Positions 59,101 through 64,000 of a stretch of 64,000 bases of DNA are shown here, piece by piece. This stretch comes from Candidatus Hydrogenedens sp. (GTDB lineage: Bacteria; Hydrogenedentota; Hydrogenedentia; Hydrogenedentales; Hydrogenedentaceae), in the NCBI GenBank assembly GCA_049968235.1, contig JBMFRC010000015.1, positions 1 to 64,000 on the forward strand, in the 5' to 3' direction. Both the position numbers and the translations under genes were made by a program. Under the pieces are notes generated by a model. It saw only the letters and a list, made by a program, of their open reading frames with translations. It had not been told where the DNA came from and ran no database searches. Position 1 is the stretch's first letter, and every line of letters begins with the position of its first letter.

Positions 59101-59968
59101 CTTGTTTTTCTTCATTATCAGGATTAATATTATCTTGATAATTTATATTAATACCTCTCAAAAATCGTAATGGTTGTGCACAGTCATATAAATTGGTAAA
59201 AAACTGGATATTCTCTTTAAATTCTTCTTTTCCGGTTGAAGTAATACCCATATCAATAGATACTGTATCTATTTCTTTTTTTATTGTATTGATGTTATAT
59301 CCCAATTCAGGATGATAAATGGCATGAACTTGTTTGCCATCTTTTGTATAGGAGGAACTTAATAATTCTCCATAACCATCCCAACCTACAATATTAGGAA
59401 TAGTTCCTGCTAAAGAACCTCGAATATTTTTTGTTCCATAATTTTTTAATGTAAAAGTAAAAAAAACTACAGGGAGGGATGAATTTTTTTCATCTAAAGG
59501 GATAAAAGGTGAGAAACACTCCATCGACAGGTCCAGATCTGGAGAAAAGTCTCCAAAAATAAGTTTCGCAAATGGAAACTCTCCTATAAAATCTATTTTA
59601 TTTACCCCCTCACCAGGTAAACTTGGATTTAATTGTAAAATATAGGCTTTGGATTGTTCCCCATCTTCTGTATAAATGGAGAAAAAAGCATCGGAAACAT
59701 TAGCATTGGAATTAAAATTATTCGTAATCTCCCATGGGCTTAATTTCCCATTACCACGAATGTATATTTGTCCTCCACCAAATCCACCTAAAGGAAATGC
59801 AATTTCTTTTAAATTTTCATCTTTATAGACCTTATTGATAATGTACCTATTGCTCGAATTATTGTTTTGATTATCGCAGTATACATAGTTCTGAATAAAA
59901 AAAATTACAAATAGACATAACATTAGGAACACATTCTTCCCCCAACACATACTCATATCCTTTCCCAA
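56138..59968 (-). CDS. GH116 family glycoside hydrolase (GBA2-type beta-glucosidase / glucosylceramidase) with a ~700-aa N-terminal extension, secreted.
   Basis: Blocks IIRGEQPNTYDTHLYGSNTFIGTLYLATLKAMEIM, HSDQLLGQWWSHILGLG and DEIWTGMEYEVAGLSIFEG align with GBA2 blocks GGYADQTYDGW...GGLWLAAV, MSDQCAGQWF...GLG and DEVWVGVVYGLAATMIQEG. A signal peptide is present. Confidence 0.65.
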   Translation of the reverse strand: MGKDMSMCWGKNVFLMLCLFVIFFIQNYVYCDNQNNNSSNRYIINKVYKDENLKEIAFPLGGFGGGQIYIRGNGKLSPWEITNNFNSNANVSDAFFSIYTEDGEQSKAYILQLNPSLPGEGVNKIDFIGEFPFAKLIFGDFSPDLDLSMECFSPFIPLDEKNSSLPVVFFTFTLKNYGTKNIRGSLAGTIPNIVGWDGYGELLSSSYTKDGKQVHAIYHPELGYNINTIKKEIDTVSIDMGITSTGKEEFKENIQFFTNLYDCAQPLRFLRGININYQDNINPDNEEKQGDTCVYWLGPSEKVLSSDNIEKLNKKIQNGAHLIVSGDTNSIFDWLVAINRAKKSHKKEHVFDNFESGTYNLWTITGDAFGDKPANDKFPMQTDILGYEGKYFVNSYNGDDKKTGTAISKEFTIQHSFIHFRIGGGNKPDNTYIALIIEGEKILSSTGSNSETLKKVIWNVAEYIGKKAHIEIVDNASDGWGHILIDEIVFTNDYPIDKNSYKTLQKWLPMASIKGNWINSKYNVKLGGLFPNLKDAILVTNKIYKTTPNISTKQSEVFLKTDTGIPLIIRKKIGKGSVVWCNGKITDWIAPEYKRRWIASLIALTTNVPYIYEKGLDSQHPLWGNMVFSLKTFGKNEPQTCPQWSDFNYFWQYFSKNGILPQPESMEPSNPGYTWNGTIAYPFDLSPGEKEDITFILAWYFPNRTRGNQYYWTLPPLRYDYRLGNYYNNYFKNAMEVTNYCIDNFPYLLSQTSQFHKDFFSSTLPPVMLEAISANIATLHTPIYIYLEDGTVGGFEGTDNCCPMNCTHVYNYAQTLPFLFPILEQRIRYQELFYMMDKTEFYIPHRFIVPPSEPQLKNEIGGPFHHALDGELGTLLKLYREYKLSPDKKWLEPIWHNAIKVFQHILEKHDPTGEGIIRGEQPNTYDTHLYGSNTFIGTLYLATLKAMEIMLKELGSPDPNLILECQKRYESGRKKYIETCWNEEYFINAFDAPDVGSEVYNQMNCYGPGCHSDQLLGQWWSHILGLGYLFPEPYIKTTLNSIYKNNWRKNFYDHVQSPRRFAEDDEPGLLMCTWPKGGRPESPILYCDEIWTGMEYEVAGLSIFEGDWDKAVEIVSGARSRYQGNRKNPWSEIECGGHYARAMSAYSMLIAGSGFNFDKGKIKITPRVKENPSSFFFSTGTSWGIFEFNSGPRKTTVTIIPHYGKLEISRISLPAEKLRFNQMNMSIIKGDNSIPITEKIGIIQQDELYKTNLITVLLRQSITVLENEKVVIDIRW

Positions 59969-60019
59969 ATGTTTGTAAAAATGTATTATAAAATTACATA
60001 AATTTTATTGGCGAATAAT

Positions 60020-60259
60020 TTATTTTTGTTCTTCTGCTTTTGCTTTTTCTACAAGGTCTTCTAATACTTGAAGAAGCACATCCGTTTCTACGCCGTAAGC
60101 CATACATACTTGCTCTATTGTTTCAAAACGGCTAATTCCGCAATGGGCACATCCTCCAAGATGAAATGCAGCAAAAACTTCTGCAACTCGTGGATGAACT
60201 GCCATTGCCTCTGCTACGGGCATATCTGGATAAAAATTTTTGTTTTCTTTTTCAGACAT
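60020..60259 (-). CDS. DUF1858-type small redox-disulfide protein (hybrid-cluster-protein-associated family).
   Basis: The protein is 79 aa with GGCAHCG (a CxxC motif) in the conserved position. Confidence 0.5.
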   Translation of the reverse strand: MSEKENKNFYPDMPVAEAMAVHPRVAEVFAAFHLGGCAHCGISRFETIEQVCMAYGVETDVLLQVLEDLVEKAKAEEQK

Positions 60260-60371
60260 TTATATTCCTTTCTTAACATATTTATTGTTATTCTAAATAA
60301 AAAGAATAATACAATAATTCAGTTAAAAACAACATATTAAAAAGGTATATTATTTCAATAAAAGAAAGGTA

Positions 60372-60707
60372 GTGTTTGTGGAGCGGATAAAAATTGCTAC
60401 TATTGATGAATTGGATAAGAAAAAACAAATTTTTAAAAAATTTCTCGGTAAAAATTATTTGATAAGAAAAAAAGATAATAGTTATGTAGTTTTTGAATAT
60501 ATGTGCCGACATCAAGGGGCAGACCTTTCTTTAGGGAAAGAAGAAAATGGAGTAGTAACCTGTCCAAGACATCAATGGAAGTATAAAATAGACTCTGGCG
60601 AAAATATAAAAGGGGATGGGAGACCCATAAAACAATGTCCTATCGAAATTAAAGGGAGGGATATTTTTATAATTTTAAGTTTATGTAATCAAAAGGAGGA
60701 ATATTAA
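60372..60707 (+). CDS. Small Rieske [2Fe-2S] domain protein.
   Basis: CRHQG...(17 aa)...CPRHQW gives the CxH...CxxH Rieske ligands. The protein is 111 aa and uses a GTG start. Confidence 0.65.
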   Translation: MFVERIKIATIDELDKKKQIFKKFLGKNYLIRKKDNSYVVFEYMCRHQGADLSLGKEENGVVTCPRHQWKYKIDSGENIKGDGRPIKQCPIEIKGRDIFIILSLCNQKEEY

Positions 60708-61439
60708 TCCAATTTCAATGATGAAATGGCAAAAAAATGCCATAAGATTATTTTCTTTTTTTTGAGACCAGATACATGCCACGACTGAAAAAATAAACAT
60801 CCCTAATATTTCCAGCATCGGTTTAAAAATGTGGTATATAGTCTCTGTAATGGTTACGAAAAACCAGCCAGAACCTTTAGATAATTGCCGGCATGCCCTT
60901 AAAAGAAGGTGTCGGTTCAGAAATTCCCAACCAGGTAACCAGGAAATAACCCAAAAGAATCGCTGAAGAAAGAATTGTATTTTTTGACTTAAAGGAATTA
61001 CTCCTGCCCCTGGATAAAACATTCGTAATGTAGGGGAAAGAATTACAAAAATTAATGAAAGAAGGCAGAGAAAACAAAAGAATAAAAATAAAAGATAATC
61101 TTGTTTTTGCCAGTATTTTAAAGAAAACCATTTAAAATCAATAAACCTGTTGAACAATATAAACGGTAAAATCAACCAGAAAATAAACTTATATAAATCA
61201 AAACCATCAAATATCGTAATGTAAGTAGAATGTTTTAATATAGGGAATTTTAATAGCACATCTGATAAACTGAAATTTAATACTCCCCATGAAAAGATAA
61301 ATGTTGTATCAAAGGTTATTAGTAAATCAATAAATAGAACAGAAATCGAGTAGATAATTATAAAAATTGGCAGTAAAGAAGATGTTTCGCTATATGTGTC
61401 AATATTATCTTTTTTTATATCTTCATTAATTGTTGTCAT
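60681..61439 (-). CDS. Hypothetical polytopic membrane protein, possibly a CPBP-type intramembrane protease.
   Basis: About 6 TM helices are predicted. GWEFLNRHLL and AFFCHFIIE loosely resemble CPBP motifs 1 and 2. The 3' end overlaps the Rieske gene by 27 nt. Confidence 0.3.
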   Translation of the reverse strand: MTTINEDIKKDNIDTYSETSSLLPIFIIIYSISVLFIDLLITFDTTFIFSWGVLNFSLSDVLLKFPILKHSTYITIFDGFDLYKFIFWLILPFILFNRFIDFKWFSLKYWQKQDYLLFLFFCFLCLLSLIFVILSPTLRMFYPGAGVIPLSQKIQFFLQRFFWVISWLPGWEFLNRHLLLRACRQLSKGSGWFFVTITETIYHIFKPMLEILGMFIFSVVACIWSQKKENNLMAFFCHFIIEIGLIFLLLIT

Positions 61440-62104
61440 TTGTTATCTTTATTTAATTTTTTGTAAAAATTACAATGTTTATTAATTATACAAAAGTTAC
61501 ATTTCGGATTGCGTGCAAGACAAATGTTTCTACCATGAAAAACAAGTAAATGAGAAAATAATGTCCATTTTTTTTCAGGTAAAATTTGCATCAAATCTTG
61601 TTCTATTTTTTGGGGATTATCAGAAGAAGTTAATCCTAATCTTCGGGTTAATCTTCCACAATGAGTGTCAACAATAATTCCTGGCGTATTGAAACATTCA
61701 CCAAGGATGACATTGGCGGTTTTTCTACCTACCCCTTGTAGTTTTAGTAAGTCATTCATTGTATTTGGAACTTTTCCGTCATATTTTTCAATTAATAGTT
61801 TACAAGTATTAATGATATGTTGTGCCTTGTTTTTGTAAAACCCTACAGGTCGGATTCGATTTTCTAATTGTTTTTGTCCAAGATTGATAAAGTCATGAGG
61901 GGATTTTAATTTCTGAAATAAAGACATACATACTTTATTTACCCGTTCATCTGTGCATTGTGAAGCAAGAATCGTCATAATAAGTAATTCAAAAGGGGAA
62001 TGATAATTCAAAGTACAGTGAGCATCAGGATAAAGTTGAAGTAGTTTGTCGTATATCTTTTTTGCCTTTTCTTTATTTCTTTTTATGACTTCATTTTGAA
62101 CCAA
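61436..62104 (-). CDS. nth: Endonuclease III.
   Basis: The HhH-GPD motif LQGVGRKTANVIL and the C-terminal 4Fe-4S cluster loop CLARNPKCNFCIINKHC are present. Confidence 0.9.
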   Translation of the reverse strand: MVQNEVIKRNKEKAKKIYDKLLQLYPDAHCTLNYHSPFELLIMTILASQCTDERVNKVCMSLFQKLKSPHDFINLGQKQLENRIRPVGFYKNKAQHIINTCKLLIEKYDGKVPNTMNDLLKLQGVGRKTANVILGECFNTPGIIVDTHCGRLTRRLGLTSSDNPQKIEQDLMQILPEKKWTLFSHLLVFHGRNICLARNPKCNFCIINKHCNFYKKLNKDNK

Positions 62105-63792
62105 TCTTTAAAATCCTCAACATTTTTGCAATTTAAAATTTCATCAGGTTTTAAAATCCCTTTTCGTGCTATATAAATACCGTATTTTATGTCTTCTATC
62201 CCTTCTATGTTATGTGCATCTACAGAAAGGGTATATTTTATATTGTATTGTTTAAATTTGTAAATGTTTCTCCAATCAATGTCTAATCTCTGAGGGTTTG
62301 CATTAATCTCAATGGAAACATTACGAACCGAACAGGCTTTTAATAGGGTATCAATTTCCAGAGGATATCCATTTCGTGAGAGAAGAAGTCTCCCACTTAT
62401 ATGTCCTAATACATCCAGATAAGGATTTTCGATGGCTTTTAATAAACGCTGAGTAGCATAGGTTTTATCCATATCCAATTTTGTGTGTATAGAGCCAATA
62501 ACTACATCAAAAGAATCCAGTATCTCATCCGGGTAATCCAGAGTACCATCCGATTTAATATCACACTCAATTCCTTTTAAGATTTGAAATGGTTTGTATA
62601 TCTTATTCAAACTTTCTATTTCATCATGTTGTTTTTTTATATCATCGATTGATAAGCCATTCGCATAGCCTGCGGATTGGCTATGGTCACAAATGACGAT
62701 GTAATGAAATCCTTTATGGATACAATACTCTGCAAGTTCAGCAATTGAATTGTATCCGTCACTGTATATTGTATGGCAATGAACAACTCCCTGTATATCT
62801 TCTGGTTGAATGAGATTATCTGCATTCTCATAAACGAAATCCATGTTGTCATAGACATTTCTTAATTCTGGTGATAAATGAGTAAATCCAATCGATTTAA
62901 AAAACTTTTCTTCTGTATTAGATTTGATTAGAACCCCATTACGATTAAACAAACCCTGTCGAGAAAAAGAGAGATTATTTCGGTTACAATGTTGGATTAA
63001 TAAATCAATAAACTCTTTTGAGCCTGTATTAAAAACGAATCGAGTTCCAAAGTCTTCTTTATCCGCAAAATCGATTAAAACCGGAATGTCAAAACAATCT
63101 AATCGGATAAAAGGCTCTATATTATCTTCTTTTTTTTCAGGAAAAACTGTCAGTAAATTTCGTTTTAATGTCTCTGTATTCTCTGTGAGCAATAAAAGAT
63201 TTATGTTTCGCACTGTTTCCTCATATCTTCTCAAACTTCCAGAAATATATATATTCTCCCTATTTAATATGGTTTCTAATTTCTCGATTATTTTCTCTGC
63301 TATATTAAATCCATGGGATAATAAAAATTGCCCTTTCCACTGGTTTAACAAATCAATACTTTTAATAATTTTGTTTTCTATTTTCTTATTAAACCCTGGA
63401 AGTGTGGAGACCTTACCTTCCAGACATGCTTTGTATAGTTCTTCGAGATTTGTTATATGAAGATTGTCAAACAAACTGCGTATTCGTTTGGCTCCAAGAG
63501 ATTGAACAGAAAAAAGTTCAAGCAAAGATGAAGGGTATTTACTTTTGACTTTTTCCAATGCAGGCACAGGTTCATCGTGATACCATGCTAAAATTTTTTT
63601 TTCTATGGCTTCACCAATTCCCTCTAAGTGTCGTAAAGTTCCCGATTTTATAAGAGTGTCAATAGGTTCTTGAATATGCTCCAATATTTCTGCAGATTTT
63701 AAATAAGAACGAATTTTAAATGGATTTTCTCCCTCTAATTCAAGATACTGAGCCAGTTCCTTCAATGAGCGTATGATTCCATCTTTATTCAT
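62083..63792 (-). CDS. polX: DNA polymerase/3'-5' exonuclease PolX (Pol beta-like nucleotidyltransferase plus PHP domain).
   Basis: The N-terminus has HhH and Pol-beta fingers (GIGEAIEKKI). The C-terminal PHP motifs are VHCHTIYSDG and ICDHSQ. The protein is 569 aa. Confidence 0.8.
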   Translation of the reverse strand: MNKDGIIRSLKELAQYLELEGENPFKIRSYLKSAEILEHIQEPIDTLIKSGTLRHLEGIGEAIEKKILAWYHDEPVPALEKVKSKYPSSLLELFSVQSLGAKRIRSLFDNLHITNLEELYKACLEGKVSTLPGFNKKIENKIIKSIDLLNQWKGQFLLSHGFNIAEKIIEKLETILNRENIYISGSLRRYEETVRNINLLLLTENTETLKRNLLTVFPEKKEDNIEPFIRLDCFDIPVLIDFADKEDFGTRFVFNTGSKEFIDLLIQHCNRNNLSFSRQGLFNRNGVLIKSNTEEKFFKSIGFTHLSPELRNVYDNMDFVYENADNLIQPEDIQGVVHCHTIYSDGYNSIAELAEYCIHKGFHYIVICDHSQSAGYANGLSIDDIKKQHDEIESLNKIYKPFQILKGIECDIKSDGTLDYPDEILDSFDVVIGSIHTKLDMDKTYATQRLLKAIENPYLDVLGHISGRLLLSRNGYPLEIDTLLKACSVRNVSIEINANPQRLDIDWRNIYKFKQYNIKYTLSVDAHNIEGIEDIKYGIYIARKGILKPDEILNCKNVEDFKDWFKMKS

Positions 63793-63797
63793 AATAG

Positions 63798-64000
63798 TTA
63801 TTTAGTAGTGTCAATTCCGAGAGCGATTTTTAATACTTCATTTATATGGGATACCCAATAAATTTTTATTTTCTTCTGTATTGATTTTGGAACTTCTTCC
63901 AGGTCATTTTTATTTTTTTCAGGGAGGATGATTTTTTTTATACCTGCTCTTGTTCCTGCCAACACTTTTTCTTTTATCCCTCCAACGGCTAAAACGCTTC
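63798..64000 (-). CDS. lon: ATP-dependent Lon protease, C-terminal fragment (the gene continues past the window end).
   Basis: Manual reverse-strand translation gives ...SVLAVGGIKEKVLAGTRAGIKKIILPEKNKNDLEEVPKSIQKKIKIYWVSHINEVLKIALGIDTTK*. This matches the Lon C-terminus GGIKEKVLAAHRAGIK...LP..N..DLEEIP...V.H..EVL..AL. Confidence 0.85.
   Translation of the reverse strand, partial: SVLAVGGIKEKVLAGTRAGIKKIILPEKNKNDLEEVPKSIQKKIKIYWVSHINEVLKIALGIDTTK

Noticed and set aside
1-64000. I searched for mobile elements (integrase, transposase, inverted repeats, tRNA-flanked island boundaries).
   Set aside because: No recombinase-like ORF and no long terminal inverted or direct repeats were seen. The accessory-looking genes appear chromosomally embedded rather than carried on a recognisable mobile element.

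Overview
This is an AT-rich, densely coded bacterial window with genes on both strands. I found no rRNA, tRNA, CRISPR array or obvious transposase or integrase. It mixes housekeeping genes with glycan-degradation and cell-envelope genes that look like accessory content.

Housekeeping: rpsT, ilvE, the murA-hisD-hisC block, secG, tpiA, nth, polX and the 3' end of lon.

Glycan-degradation genes:
- a BNR/Asp-box sialidase-like protein paired with an HGSNAT/DUF1624-type membrane acyltransferase
- a GH78 alpha-L-rhamnosidase-like enzyme
- a clan GH-D alpha-galactosidase-like enzyme
- a 1276-aa GH116 (GBA2-type glucosylceramidase) enzyme
- galK and a MalK-type ABC ATPase
- an AraM/G1PDH-like dehydrogenase

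Envelope and secretion genes:
- an MdtABC-like RND efflux operon in which one permease carries an odd insertion
- an orphan pseudopilin operon ending in a giant GspK-like protein and a HEAT-repeat protein
- a 1603-aa lipoprotein with seven PKD domains and a C-terminal peptidase-C45-like Ntn-hydrolase module

Candidates for undescribed biology:
- a standalone MshEN/GspE-N c-di-GMP-binding protein at the 5' edge of the window
- a RidA, TPR/gluzincin, and 2x (CarbopepD_reg + cysteine-less TlpA-like redoxin) secreted-protein operon
- a 4-TM membrane protein with a minimal caspase/clan-CD-like His-Cys dyad module
- a standalone GHKL (Bergerat-fold) ATPase heading an operon of three ~245-aa exported proteins of unknown function
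- the PaaK-ACT-PaaK aryl-CoA ligase cassette with a tetranucleotide microsatellite between genes
- a DUF1858 CxxC protein divergent from a mini-Rieske protein

Every family assignment rests on motifs read from the ORF translations and recalled family signatures. No database search was run.
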